From NCBI GenBank assembly GCA_001779915.1, contig MFEJ01000023.1, positions 6,165 through 70,164 of the forward strand: DNA of 64,000 nucleotides, in the 5' to 3' direction. This DNA is from Candidatus Doudnabacteria bacterium RIFCSPHIGHO2_01_FULL_45_18. GTDB taxonomy: Bacteria; Patescibacteriota; Doudnabacteria; UBA920; O2-02-FULL-48-8. Below the pieces are notes generated by a model that was not told the DNA's origin, searched no databases, and worked only from the letters and a program-made list of their open reading frames with translations. This document shows positions 50,032-59,482 of this stretch, one piece after another (the stretch's first letter is position 1; every line of letters begins with the position of its first letter). The position numbers were made by a program, and so were the translations under genes.

Positions 50032-50110
50032 ATATTTCTTAATTCTTATTTGCAGTCTAACATTTAAAGGACTTGATTACCACCCTGATTTCTGCTATTA
50101 TCTCAAAGCT

Positions 50111-50374
50111 ATGCCGAATACTAAATCAGCAATCAAGGCCGCCAGGCAAAATATCAAACGCCGGGTGGTAAACCTCAAGGCCCTGGACCAGATTAAGAAA
50201 ACCGCGAAGGCGGTTCGGAAATTCACCGCCGCCGCGAATAAATCCGAAGCCCAGAAGGCCTTATCTTTGGCGTTTGCCGCGCTGGATAAAGCCGCCAAGA
50301 AAAACATTATTCACAAGAATAACGCCAATCGCCACAAATCCCGACTAGCCGACATGGTCGCGAAAGTAAAATAA
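50111..50374 (+). CDS. rpsT: 30S ribosomal protein S20
   Basis: 87 aa, basic helical protein. Confidence 0.85.
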   Translation: MPNTKSAIKAARQNIKRRVVNLKALDQIKKTAKAVRKFTAAANKSEAQKALSLAFAALDKAAKKNIIHKNNANRHKSRLADMVAKVK

Positions 50375-50383
50375 TCGGAAACT

Positions 50384-50408
50384 AAAAACCGCCTTCGGGC
50401 GGTTTTTT
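50384..50408. terminator. bidirectional terminator (serves rpsT on the plus strand and ppa on the minus strand)
   Basis: AAAAACCGCCTTCGGGCGGTTTTTT with a UUCG-type loop. Confidence 0.65.
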
Positions 50409-50841
50409 AAATCATTGCTTTCTTAATCTCCTCTTCGGTCTGATCCGCGCCTTCAAATCCTGTAATCTCAATGATCTTTTGCTTTTGGCGGGCCACTTCG
50501 GCATAAAACTTTCGAAGTGCTTCCGGGTCGTACTTCTCATCTGGCGCGGATGCTTCGACGGCGATGATTTTATCATCCTGCTCTCCTCGGTCCAGCATCC
50601 GCATAATCCCAATTGCCCTCGCTTTGACCATACTGCCGGAAGCAATTGGCTTGTCCCCAAGTAAAATTACATCGAGCGTGTCCCCATCTCCACCTAGGGT
50701 GTTTGGAATAAACCCGTAATTAAATAAAAACTTCAGACCATCCTTAAACACAAAATCCAAAACCATAGCTTTTTTGACTTCGTCATACTCATATTTGTTT
50801 TCCGAGCCTTTCGGAATTTCCACCATGACATCAAAGGTCAT
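50407..50841 (-). CDS. ppa: inorganic pyrophosphatase (family I)
   Basis: Family I PPase homology begins at MTFDVMVEIPKGS; start at MTFDV, whose ATG overlaps the polA stop TGA (ATGA). Confidence 0.8.
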   Translation of the reverse strand: MTFDVMVEIPKGSENKYEYDEVKKAMVLDFVFKDGLKFLFNYGFIPNTLGGDGDTLDVILLGDKPIASGSMVKARAIGIMRMLDRGEQDDKIIAVEASAPDEKYDPEALRKFYAEVARQKQKIIEITGFEGADQTEEEIKKAMI

Positions 50842-53366
50842 ATTTCTGTCATCTCCGCCCAATTAAGGCCGGCTTTGGCTGCCACCACAATTGGCACTTT
50901 TAATTTATAGACTGATTCCATGATATATCGAAGCTTCGGCGCAATTTTTTTCGCTTCATCTTGATCTACTTCAAAGACTAATTCATCGTGGACAGATAAA
51001 ATCATGTTAGCTTCTGGGTACTTCCTCTCAATTTCAATCATGGCCATCTTCATAATATCCGCGGCTAAGGATTGCAGCGGCATATTCACGGCCGCGCGCT
51101 CGGCGCCACCACGAACCGCAAAATTTGAAGAGTTAATTTCCGGAAAATATCGGATCCGACCCAAAGGATTTCTGATAAACCCATCTTTATGCGCCGAATC
51201 TTTCATTTTATCGATAAATTCTTTCAATCTTGGAAAGGCTTCATAGTATTTCTGGATATATTCCTGCGCTTCACCGCGTTCCATCTCGGATCGTTCGGAT
51301 AATCCAAACGCCGAAACACCATAGAGAATGCTAAAATTTATGGTTTTAGCATCGCGCCTTTGGTTCGGCGTGATTTTATCTTCTTTCACGCCGAAAATTT
51401 TCGCCGCAGTGGCGGAATGAAAATCTTCGCCGGATTTAAATATGCGCATCATCTCTTTATCTTGGGACATGGAGGCCGCAATGCGAAGTTCAATCTGTGA
51501 ATAATCCAGTGAGAGCAAAGCCTTGCCTTGTTCTGCCACAAACGCCTTCCGAACTTCGTTTCCCAGATCCGAACGGATGGGAATATTCTGCAAATTAGGA
51601 TTCAGCGACGACAATCGGCCGGTCGCGGCTATAGTTTGGTTATAAGTTGTATGAATCCGGCCGTCATCAGGAAAAACTAATTCTGGCAAAGCATCTACAT
51701 AAGTGGATTTAAGCTTGGTTAATTCCCGGTATTCGAAAATTGAATCAATGATTGGGTGTAGGCCGCGTAATTTTTCCAATTGTTCCGCTGCCGTGGATAA
51801 TTCTTTAGTTTTGCCAGTTTTTTTTAGATTATCCGTCGGGATTTTTAACTTTTCAAACAAAATTTCCCGCAGTTGAATCGGTGAGGCGATATTAAATTTA
51901 CTCTTGGCTTGCTTGTGAATCTCTTTCGTCAATTTTGTGATACGAGTTTCAAGCTTCAAGCTTAAAGCTTTTAGCCAGGCTTTATCGAGCTTAATCCCGC
52001 GCGCTTCCATTTTGATCAGCACGGCAAGCAGCGGCATTTCAATATCTTCAAAAATCTGGGTGAGTTTCTTTTCTTTCAATTCCGAGCCAATGCTGTGATA
52101 GAGGCGAAACACCGAAGCCGCGTCTTTGCCGTCCAGCAAATAATGGCGGCGACCCGGGTCAGCCAGAAACATGGCAATCTGCGTATCAAATGACAGTGGC
52201 GTTAACTCAATTCCTGCTTTTCGCAAATCGGAATAATTAACTTTCAAATCGTGGCCAATTTTTTGGATATCTTCATCTTCTAACACTCCTTTGATGCGAG
52301 TAGGTGTTGTAAATTTATAACTGTGTTCCCCGCTTGTCGCCACCGACACCCCTGACGCATCCGTAAAAATCGCTAAAGCTTTTTTATCTGACAGTGATTT
52401 AATCAATTTGGGCAGATGATCTTCATCCACAATTTCCACAGGTGATATCTTTTCGGCCTTCTTTTCAGCCTTGGCTTCCGCTTCTTGGCTCAATTTTGGC
52501 AATCTAGCAATGAGGGCGCGAATGCCAAGGGCATGCAGCAGTTCCGTAACCTTGTTTTTTTCATAATCACCAATTTCAGTATCTTTAAAATCAAAGTCTA
52601 AATGATCCTTCTGATCAATCGTAGCCAGTTTCTGGGACAGATAAGCTTTGGCTTTGCCGGCAACTAATTTTTTGAGCGTGCCGTCTTTAATTTTTTTTGA
52701 TCCTTTATCTGCAGCCTCATATACCCCATCCAAACTGCCAAAGGTCTTCATCAACTCCAGTGCGCCCTTCTCCCCAATCCCTGGCACGCCAGGAATATTA
52801 TCCGAGGTATCCCCCCGAATCGCTTTATAATCCACCCACTGACTCGGATGCAAACCGTAGATTTCTACCATTTTGTCCGCATCAAAAATTTGAATATCGG
52901 AAAAGCCGATTTTAAATCGATAAACTTGCGTATGGTTATCAATCAACTGCAATAAATCCAAATCCCCGGTCACGATGATGTTCAAAACATCTTTCGGAGT
53001 TTTATGGCAAATAATTCCCAGTAAATCATCAGCTTCAAAACCGGCTTTTTCATAAATTGGCATATTCAAAGCTTTGAGAATTTCTTTCAGTTTCGGTAGC
53101 TGAACCATCATGGCCTCATCTGGCGCTTTTCTGGTGGCTTTATAATCGGCGGACAATTTATCACGAAAAGTCGGACCCTTTACATCAAACGTCACCAGCG
53201 CGTGCGTGGGCTTAATATCTGCTAAGGCTTTCAGAAACATGGATAAAAATCCAAAAATCGCGCCGGTTGGAAACCCACCCGGCCCGGTCATGTTGGGCAG
53301 GGCATGATAAGCGCGATGAAACAGCGCATGCCCATCAATTAAGAGTAATTTTTTCTTAAAATCCAT
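50838..53366 (-). CDS. polA: DNA polymerase I
   Basis: 5'-3' exonuclease N-terminal domain; polymerase motifs A, B and C; 842 aa. Confidence 0.9.
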   Translation of the reverse strand: MDFKKKLLLIDGHALFHRAYHALPNMTGPGGFPTGAIFGFLSMFLKALADIKPTHALVTFDVKGPTFRDKLSADYKATRKAPDEAMMVQLPKLKEILKALNMPIYEKAGFEADDLLGIICHKTPKDVLNIIVTGDLDLLQLIDNHTQVYRFKIGFSDIQIFDADKMVEIYGLHPSQWVDYKAIRGDTSDNIPGVPGIGEKGALELMKTFGSLDGVYEAADKGSKKIKDGTLKKLVAGKAKAYLSQKLATIDQKDHLDFDFKDTEIGDYEKNKVTELLHALGIRALIARLPKLSQEAEAKAEKKAEKISPVEIVDEDHLPKLIKSLSDKKALAIFTDASGVSVATSGEHSYKFTTPTRIKGVLEDEDIQKIGHDLKVNYSDLRKAGIELTPLSFDTQIAMFLADPGRRHYLLDGKDAASVFRLYHSIGSELKEKKLTQIFEDIEMPLLAVLIKMEARGIKLDKAWLKALSLKLETRITKLTKEIHKQAKSKFNIASPIQLREILFEKLKIPTDNLKKTGKTKELSTAAEQLEKLRGLHPIIDSIFEYRELTKLKSTYVDALPELVFPDDGRIHTTYNQTIAATGRLSSLNPNLQNIPIRSDLGNEVRKAFVAEQGKALLSLDYSQIELRIAASMSQDKEMMRIFKSGEDFHSATAAKIFGVKEDKITPNQRRDAKTINFSILYGVSAFGLSERSEMERGEAQEYIQKYYEAFPRLKEFIDKMKDSAHKDGFIRNPLGRIRYFPEINSSNFAVRGGAERAAVNMPLQSLAADIMKMAMIEIERKYPEANMILSVHDELVFEVDQDEAKKIAPKLRYIMESVYKLKVPIVVAAKAGLNWAEMTEI

Positions 53367-53839
53367 TATCTTAATTTTACCTCTATTCTCTTATCCACAT
53401 GATGTCCATTAATTTTATCAGCAGTATTTATCCAAACTTGTTTAGGTACTGCTTTATAGACTCTCCGAGGACTTTCTTGTATAAAATCAGTAACGGGTCT
53501 TGTTGGTTTATTTTTTCGTCCATATTGATACTTTAAGATGCGTTCAATTTCTTGTTTATCTATAATCATGGACGCTTCTGCTTGGATATAAACCCCACGA
53601 CCGGTTCCTTCCTTCGCCGTAGAATCGTAGATTGCTAAAAAGACGTTTTTATTACTGGCAATATTTTTTGAATGCTGCGAGTACTGATCGGACACCCAGA
53701 AAAAATTATATTCCTCGTCGAACGAAGAGTAAACCGGTGTATTCCAAGGTTCACCATTTGGACTCACTGTCGCGATAGTGATATACAAAATCTTATTTAT
53801 AATTTCTTTAGCCTGTACACTATAGTCTTCCATACCCAA
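53366..53839 (-). CDS. pyridoxamine 5'-phosphate oxidase-family FMN-binding protein
   Basis: ILYITIATVSPNGEPWNTPV split-barrel motif. Confidence 0.6.
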   Translation of the reverse strand: MGMEDYSVQAKEIINKILYITIATVSPNGEPWNTPVYSSFDEEYNFFWVSDQYSQHSKNIASNKNVFLAIYDSTAKEGTGRGVYIQAEASMIIDKQEIERILKYQYGRKNKPTRPVTDFIQESPRRVYKAVPKQVWINTADKINGHHVDKRIEVKLR

Positions 53840-53878
53840 ATCATACCAAAAAATCGCCTCTTTATCGAGCCCTTAGAC

Positions 53879-53919
53879 TTGACAATTATTACCGACGTTA
53901 TAATATTAACTATAGTTAA
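53879..53919 (+). promoter_or_regulatory. promoter (TTGACA ... TATAAT) with an overlapping palindromic operator TTAACTATAGTTAA
   Basis: -35 at 53879-53884, -10 at 53899-53904, palindrome at 53906-53919, immediately upstream of the wHTH regulator gene. Confidence 0.45.
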
Positions 53920-53928
53920 GTTTATAAC

Positions 53929-54495
53929 GTGCCACGAAAACCAAACGAACACTTATCTGTTTATCTTCTAAAGCTTGTGGGACTGGGAAGCTTGTTTTTG
54001 TTAGTTTCAATTTTATCTCCACAACTGCCCTATTTGGTAATCAAAGCCCTATTAAAGAAACGGTTCGGGGCTAAGTATAACAATAAACAAATTGGACATT
54101 CTATTCGATATCTTAAACGAAAAAAATTTATAGCTCTTGAAAATAAATCCGGTAAGATACAGATGGTCCTGACTAAGCTTGGGTTGAAACATTTACAAAA
54201 TGCTGACCTTGATATGATCAAAATTGCTCCTCATGCCTGGGATGCCAAGTGGCGAATAGTTATGTTTGATATCCCTGAAGAACATAAACCAGCTCGGCAT
54301 GTCTTTCGCAGGAAACTTAAAGAGTTGGGATTTGTTCATTTCCAAAGAAGCGTCTTTTTACTCCCATTCAAGTGTGAAAAAGAAATATACGAACTGGCTG
54401 AGCATCTTTCAATCAGTTCTTATGTCCACATATTATCCGCAGATCGCTTTCCAAACGATAAATCGCTTCTGAAAAGATGCCAAATCACCCACTGA
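53929..54495 (+). CDS. winged-helix + Cas2-like (PaaX_C-like) protein, paralog of 5352..5840
   Basis: KWRIVMFDIPEEHKPARHVFRRKLKELGFVHFQRSVFLLPF aligns with the paralog's IIFDIPEEKHNARDMFRRFLVRNGYTQIKESCFLSPF; non-ATG start (GTG) likely. Confidence 0.5.
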   Translation: MPRKPNEHLSVYLLKLVGLGSLFLLVSILSPQLPYLVIKALLKKRFGAKYNNKQIGHSIRYLKRKKFIALENKSGKIQMVLTKLGLKHLQNADLDMIKIAPHAWDAKWRIVMFDIPEEHKPARHVFRRKLKELGFVHFQRSVFLLPFKCEKEIYELAEHLSISSYVHILSADRFPNDKSLLKRCQITH

Positions 54496-54582
54496 TAATA
54501 ATGTTAACGATAGTGAAATTTATTATCATCTCAAAAATCATATAATAAAACCGCCTTTTGGGCGATTCAGTTAATACGTATC

Positions 54583-54596
54583 TAACTACGTAGTTA
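54583..54596. repeat. palindrome TAACTACGTAGTTA, related to the operator-like TTAACTATAGTTAA upstream of the same gene
   Basis: Shares the half-site TAACTA..TAGTTA with 53906-53919. Confidence 0.5.
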
Positions 54597-54597
54597 A

Positions 54598-54798
54598 TTA
54601 CAGACTTAACTCCGGAGCTACCTCCTGAGTTATTTTTTCGTATTCTCGTCCGATATAAATACCGAGTAATAACACCAAGATAAATACTATGACGGCGACA
54701 AGCTTACTATACCAAGTCACTTTGTTCCATTGGATTTTCATCTTAATTTGCCCGAAATCCCGGGCCCTTTCTTCGGTCATCCATTTTTTTCTGAACAT
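54598..54798 (-). CDS. hypothetical small membrane protein (overlaps the next ORF; possible frameshift)
   Basis: 66 aa with one TM. Confidence 0.2.
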   Translation of the reverse strand: MFRKKWMTEERARDFGQIKMKIQWNKVTWYSKLVAVIVFILVLLLGIYIGREYEKITQEVAPELSL

Positions 54799-55012
54799 CG
54801 GCTCTTCTTTGTTGGTCTTCTTCGCGTCGTTTTCGACTTTTCAGATCGCTAAGGCCCAGTTTTTTGCGCGCCAATTCTTCTTCCAATTTTTTTACTTCTT
54901 CTGGAGTACCTGTCAATTTTTTGGCAGACAAATCCGACTCTATTCTTCGGACTTCGGCCTCCAAATATTTTATCTCGTTATCGTTCACCATAAATTTATT
55001 CCTCGGTGACAC
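54743..55012 (-). CDS. hypothetical coiled-coil protein immediately downstream of pilB
   Basis: 89 aa, charged heptad-like sequence, overlaps the pilB stop. Confidence 0.3.
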   Translation of the reverse strand: MSPRNKFMVNDNEIKYLEAEVRRIESDLSAKKLTGTPEEVKKLEEELARKKLGLSDLKSRKRREEDQQRRADVQKKMDDRRKGPGFRAN

Positions 55013-56627
55013 GGAAGACTTCCTCCACGTCCGTAATTCCTTGCAAAGCTTTCAAAAGACCGTCTTGCGCCATGGTCAGCATGCCATCCACAATGGCCTG
55101 CTTTTTTATTTCCGTGGTGGTTGCCATTTTAATAATTAATTTTTCAATCGCATCATTGATCACAAACATTTCGTACACCCCGATCCGGCCCTTGTAGCCC
55201 AACCCTTGGCATTTATCGCATCCTGGCGAGTGATAAAAAATTAATTTTGAGGGGATTTCTGCTCGAGATGCTTTAGGAATAGTTTTTAAAATCATTTCCA
55301 CCCGACTCTGCAAGTTAGCAGGCAGTTGGTAAACAACCTTGCAAGACTGACAAATTTTCCGCACCAATCTCTGAGCAATAATGGCGTTAATCGCCGGTCC
55401 CAATACAAAAGGTTTCACTCCCAAGTCCAAAAGTCTGGGAAGGGTCGCGGCGGCGTCATTCGTGTGCAAAGTTGATAACACAATATGCCCAGTCAGGGCC
55501 GCCTGACAGGCGGTTTCCGCGGTTTCCAGATCGCGCATTTCCCCAACCATGACAATGTCCGGATCTTGGCGCAGAATTGCCCGCAGACCGGCTGCAAATG
55601 TCATACCCACACGCGCATCGATCGGCGTTTGCGTAATCCCTGTTAATTTATACTCCACTGGATCTTCCAGAGTGATAATTTTTACCCCTGGCTCATTCAG
55701 TTTGTTCAAAATTGCATAAAGCGTTGTGGTTTTCCCGCTGCCTGTCGGGCCAGTCGTCAGAATCATGCCGTTTGGTTTCTGGATTTCCTGCAACATCTGT
55801 TCTTTCGCCAAGCCCGTAAGACCAAGTTCATCAAATTGGAGAGAGCCTTTGTCTTGTCGCAAAATTCGCATAACCACGGATTCGCCAAACGCGGACGGAA
55901 TCACCGAGACGCGAATGTCGATGGGAGCCGAATCCAAGGTTAAGCTGAAACTTCCGTCTTGGGGAGTGTTCGTAACGTTCAACTTCACTTTAGATAGAAT
56001 TTTGACGCGCGAAATAATTTGCTGATAAATATTTTGTGGTAAGGTCGCCGCGTCCTGCAAGACCCCGTCAATCCGAAACCGAATTTTCGAAGCACCTGCT
56101 TCCGGCTCGATGTGAACATCCGAAGCGGCTAGGTGCAAACCGAATCCTAGGATACTTTCAATCATCCCGGTGGCCGAAGTCCCGGAAAATTTCGCGGCTA
56201 ATTCAGAAAGTGCCCCGATTTGATAATCCGAACTTTTCAAAATAATTGCTTCGGATTTATGTTTGCTCACAATCACCTTGGAGTATTCATCCAAGGCGTG
56301 CTGCAAGCTACTATTCGAGATCATCACCACATCAACCAAGTATCCTTGCGCTGACAACTCTTTCAGAAGTTTACTGGCCTCGTCCGTGCGCTGTGTGATC
56401 CCGACTTTCAGATGATTTTTTTCTTTCAAAAAAATTGCCGCCCCCAAAGTCTGAGCGCGATCAAACGACACCAAAGCTAAAGCTTGCGGATCAATGGGAA
56501 AACCATACAAATTCAGATACGCAATTTTTTGATCAGTTGCTTTGGTTTGGGTTTCTTCTTCTTCAAACTTGCGATTAAGCTCGGTGTAAACCTGCTTAAC
56601 CTTGGCGGCTTTATCCAAAGGCTGCAT
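54996..56627 (-). CDS. pilB: type II/IV secretion system ATPase (PilB/GspE family)
   Basis: Walker A GPTGSGKTTT, Asp/His boxes, C-terminal zinc CxxC pair. Confidence 0.85.
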   Translation of the reverse strand: MQPLDKAAKVKQVYTELNRKFEEEETQTKATDQKIAYLNLYGFPIDPQALALVSFDRAQTLGAAIFLKEKNHLKVGITQRTDEASKLLKELSAQGYLVDVVMISNSSLQHALDEYSKVIVSKHKSEAIILKSSDYQIGALSELAAKFSGTSATGMIESILGFGLHLAASDVHIEPEAGASKIRFRIDGVLQDAATLPQNIYQQIISRVKILSKVKLNVTNTPQDGSFSLTLDSAPIDIRVSVIPSAFGESVVMRILRQDKGSLQFDELGLTGLAKEQMLQEIQKPNGMILTTGPTGSGKTTTLYAILNKLNEPGVKIITLEDPVEYKLTGITQTPIDARVGMTFAAGLRAILRQDPDIVMVGEMRDLETAETACQAALTGHIVLSTLHTNDAAATLPRLLDLGVKPFVLGPAINAIIAQRLVRKICQSCKVVYQLPANLQSRVEMILKTIPKASRAEIPSKLIFYHSPGCDKCQGLGYKGRIGVYEMFVINDAIEKLIIKMATTTEIKKQAIVDGMLTMAQDGLLKALQGITDVEEVFRVTEE

Positions 56628-56660
56628 AGACTTAAGCTTAAGTAATTTATGTTTATTATA

Positions 56661-57824
56661 TCACAATTTGGCCCTTAAGACTTCGTTGCCAAGGATTTGA
56701 AGCACTTGTTTTTCAGTTTCCATCAGGGGTTTCAAGATGGTGAACTTAATTGTTTGGTGGTTGAAACTCTCCGGTTGAAATTGGCTAAACATGGAAGCGA
56801 GTGGCAGGGGCAAGTGACTTTGACAAAATACGGTCGTGGTTGCGTTGGCTTCTTCTTTGAGAAACACGAAAATTTTAGCAAAGCCCAAATTCGCAGCCAT
56901 CTCTTTAATAATGCTGTTTGCATCCTCCTGTGTCGCTTGCGCTTTATCCAGATCAGATTGATTCACTGCGGAATAAACCAGTAAATTATTAAAGTCCTGT
57001 TTTAAGCGCGCCAAAACCCTGCCCCATAATTTTAAAAGTCCTAGACTTTTACTCTTATATAAGTGATTGATGATCTCCTGTTGTTTGGCTCCCAGACTTA
57101 CCAGCTGGGAAGCTTTCAGAAAAGTTTGAGGGGTCGTGCGTACATGCTGGAAACTGTTGGTCTCCGCGATAATGCCGGCTAAAAGTTGCGTGGCCATGGA
57201 TTCGTCAAGTAAAGTGCTTTCAAATTTATTAATTAAATCCAAAACAATTTCGCTGCAGGAAGTCGCGGTTAAGTCCACCAGATTAAATTGCGCGTAATTT
57301 TCATTACTGCCACGAAAGTCAATGTTCAAAATTGGGGTCTCGAAAAACAACGGCGCGTTTTGGTTATAAAATTCGCCCAGTTGTTCCAGCGCCGACACGC
57401 CGATTAAAATCACCAACTCAAAAGGGAAATTCGAACTGCCAAACGAGATGTCAGTCGGCCCAAACTCGCCCTTCACGGGTTTTAAGTATATGGACAGCTG
57501 GTCAGTCTGCTTTTTGTAACTAAGTTCCTCTAAACGCGTGCGTCCGGTTGCAACATTAATTACAAAGCTTTTGGTCAGATCAATCTGTTGGGAAACCCCG
57601 GAGGTCCCTTCCAAAAAACCAAATCGCGGATTGATTTGAGTGTAACTTAAGAGCTTAACCTCTTTTTCCAGCTTGCTTAAAAAAGCCTGCAGGGCAAGCC
57701 CGGAAGCAAGACCGTCTCCAGTATTCCCTGCTGTGATAATCAGAATACTTTGGACCTGGGAAACTTTATTAATGAGAGTTTGGGTGGAATCCATAAATTT
57801 GAGGTGATTTGGCAACCAAATCAT
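56661..57824 (-). CDS. DHH-family phosphoesterase (NrnA-like)
   Basis: Motif LLAGIIAETNSF (DHH motif III-like) and a DHHA1-like C-terminus. Start placed at an internal Met to avoid a divergent overlap with tsaE. Confidence 0.5.
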   Translation of the reverse strand: MIWLPNHLKFMDSTQTLINKVSQVQSILIITAGNTGDGLASGLALQAFLSKLEKEVKLLSYTQINPRFGFLEGTSGVSQQIDLTKSFVINVATGRTRLEELSYKKQTDQLSIYLKPVKGEFGPTDISFGSSNFPFELVILIGVSALEQLGEFYNQNAPLFFETPILNIDFRGSNENYAQFNLVDLTATSCSEIVLDLINKFESTLLDESMATQLLAGIIAETNSFQHVRTTPQTFLKASQLVSLGAKQQEIINHLYKSKSLGLLKLWGRVLARLKQDFNNLLVYSAVNQSDLDKAQATQEDANSIIKEMAANLGFAKIFVFLKEEANATTTVFCQSHLPLPLASMFSQFQPESFNHQTIKFTILKPLMETEKQVLQILGNEVLRAKL

Positions 57825-57876
57825 AGTACTATAATAGGTTTTACTCCATTCGTCAACTAATGTTAATATAACCCTG

Positions 57877-58296
57877 ATGCAATTCAAAAATCTCGCTTTG
57901 GTTCAGGTTAAAAAACTAGCCCAAAATTTGGCAAAGGAAGTCAAAAAAACAGGCATGGTCATTGGCCTGACTGGCAATTTAGGCAGCGGCAAAACGACTT
58001 TTGTCAAAGCTTTTGCCACCAAATTAGGCTTTAAAAAAATTCACAGCCCAACGTTTGTGATTTCGCATCAATACCGATTGGGTTCTAAATTTTTATACCA
58101 TTTAGATTTCTATCGGCTTGCTCATCTCAAGCAACTAGCCCCCTTAGGTTTAGAAGAAATCATTGGTGGCAAAAACATTGTCCTGATTGAATGGGTGGAC
58201 AAATTTCCGAAAATTTTCAAACAATGCGATCTTGTTATTCACTTTCAAGTTAAACCTTATGATCAACGCGATATTACAATCAAGTTTCAAAATTAG
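57877..58296 (+). CDS. tsaE: tRNA threonylcarbamoyladenosine biosynthesis ATPase TsaE
   Basis: GLTGNLGSGKTTFVKAF P-loop; 139 aa. Confidence 0.8.
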   Translation: MQFKNLALVQVKKLAQNLAKEVKKTGMVIGLTGNLGSGKTTFVKAFATKLGFKKIHSPTFVISHQYRLGSKFLYHLDFYRLAHLKQLAPLGLEEIIGGKNIVLIEWVDKFPKIFKQCDLVIHFQVKPYDQRDITIKFQN

Positions 58297-59473
58297 GACC
58301 ATTGCGAGGAGGAACGTTCCGACGAAGCAATCTTTAAAAAAGATCGCCACGGCCTTCGGCCTCGCGATGGTTATTTATTTATTTATCGTGCCTAATCTTG
58401 CATCGGCCAAAACCTTGCTCTTTTTCGACAAAACTTGGGAAGTTTTACCGTTCCCGTCAGGCACGGTTAACCTCCTGCCCATCAGAAACGACCTGGACTT
58501 AACTATGCTTGCCAAGCAAGCTATTTTGGGGCGCGAGGAACTGGCTCAGACCTGGCTCTTAGACGAAATCTCGATCAAACAACTGGATGATATCAGTAGT
58601 CAGGTCAACCAAGTCGGCCAAGATGCCAAACTGGTTATGGACGGAAATCGCGCCGCGGAATTTAATCCGGGACAAAACGGCCAGGCTTTGGATTTATATA
58701 CGCTTAAAATTCTGCTACGGTCAGACCAAGCGGAAATCAGTCTGCCAGTTTTAATCAGCGAACCGGCGGTTAAATTATCCGACACGAACCGTCTTGGGAT
58801 TAACGAGCTGGTGGCTGTGGGTGAATCGGATTTTGCAGGTTCACCAAAAAACCGGATTCACAACCTGACGGTAGGAGCGAATAAATTCAATGGCCTCATC
58901 ATAGAGCCGGGTGAAGTATTTTCGTTTAATAAGTATTTGGGTGACGTGGATGGCGAGCACGGCTTTTTACCGGAACTGGTGATTAAAGCTGGCGGCGTGA
59001 CCCCAGAATTCGGCGGTGGGCTTTGCCAAGTTTCCTCCACGACCTTCCGGGCGGCCATGAACGCCGGTTTGCCGATTACGGCTAGACGAAACCACAGCTT
59101 TGCGGTACAATACTATGCTCCCCAGGGAACGGATGCCACGATCTATCCCGGAGCCGTAGATTTAAAATTTGTTAATAATTTGCCAAGCAAATTGTTGATT
59201 CAAACCAAAATTGTGGGAACCAAATTATATTTTAACTTGTACGCCACGAAAGATAATCGAACGGTAAGCTTTGAAGGCCCCACCCAATACGATCAGAAGC
59301 CTGATGGATCCATGAAAGCGATCTGGACCAGGCATGTGACCCTTAATGGCCAAACTACGGATCAAGAGTTTAAAAGCGCGTATTCCCCGCCAGCGCTGTA
59401 TCATCGCGATTCATCAGAACAAAGCGCAACTCCCAATCCTGATGCGCAACCAGATCCACAACCGACCACTTAA
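58259..59473 (+). CDS. VanW-family protein; its N-terminal tail/TM runs through a family A element
   Basis: GGGLCQVSSTTFRAAMNAGL VanW motif; start uncertain (ATG 58259 overlapping tsaE, or ATG 58363 inside the repeat terminus). Confidence 0.65.
   Translation: MINAILQSSFKIRTIARRNVPTKQSLKKIATAFGLAMVIYLFIVPNLASAKTLLFFDKTWEVLPFPSGTVNLLPIRNDLDLTMLAKQAILGREELAQTWLLDEISIKQLDDISSQVNQVGQDAKLVMDGNRAAEFNPGQNGQALDLYTLKILLRSDQAEISLPVLISEPAVKLSDTNRLGINELVAVGESDFAGSPKNRIHNLTVGANKFNGLIIEPGEVFSFNKYLGDVDGEHGFLPELVIKAGGVTPEFGGGLCQVSSTTFRAAMNAGLPITARRNHSFAVQYYAPQGTDATIYPGAVDLKFVNNLPSKLLIQTKIVGTKLYFNLYATKDNRTVSFEGPTQYDQKPDGSMKAIWTRHVTLNGQTTDQEFKSAYSPPALYHRDSSEQSATPNPDAQPDPQPTT
58299..58370 (+). repeat. family A element copy 4
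   Basis: CCATTGCGAGGAGGAACGTTCCGACGAAGCAATCTTTAAAAAAGATCGCCACGGCCTTCGGCCTCGCGATGG. Confidence 0.85.
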
Positions 59474-59482
59474 ACATTCTTT

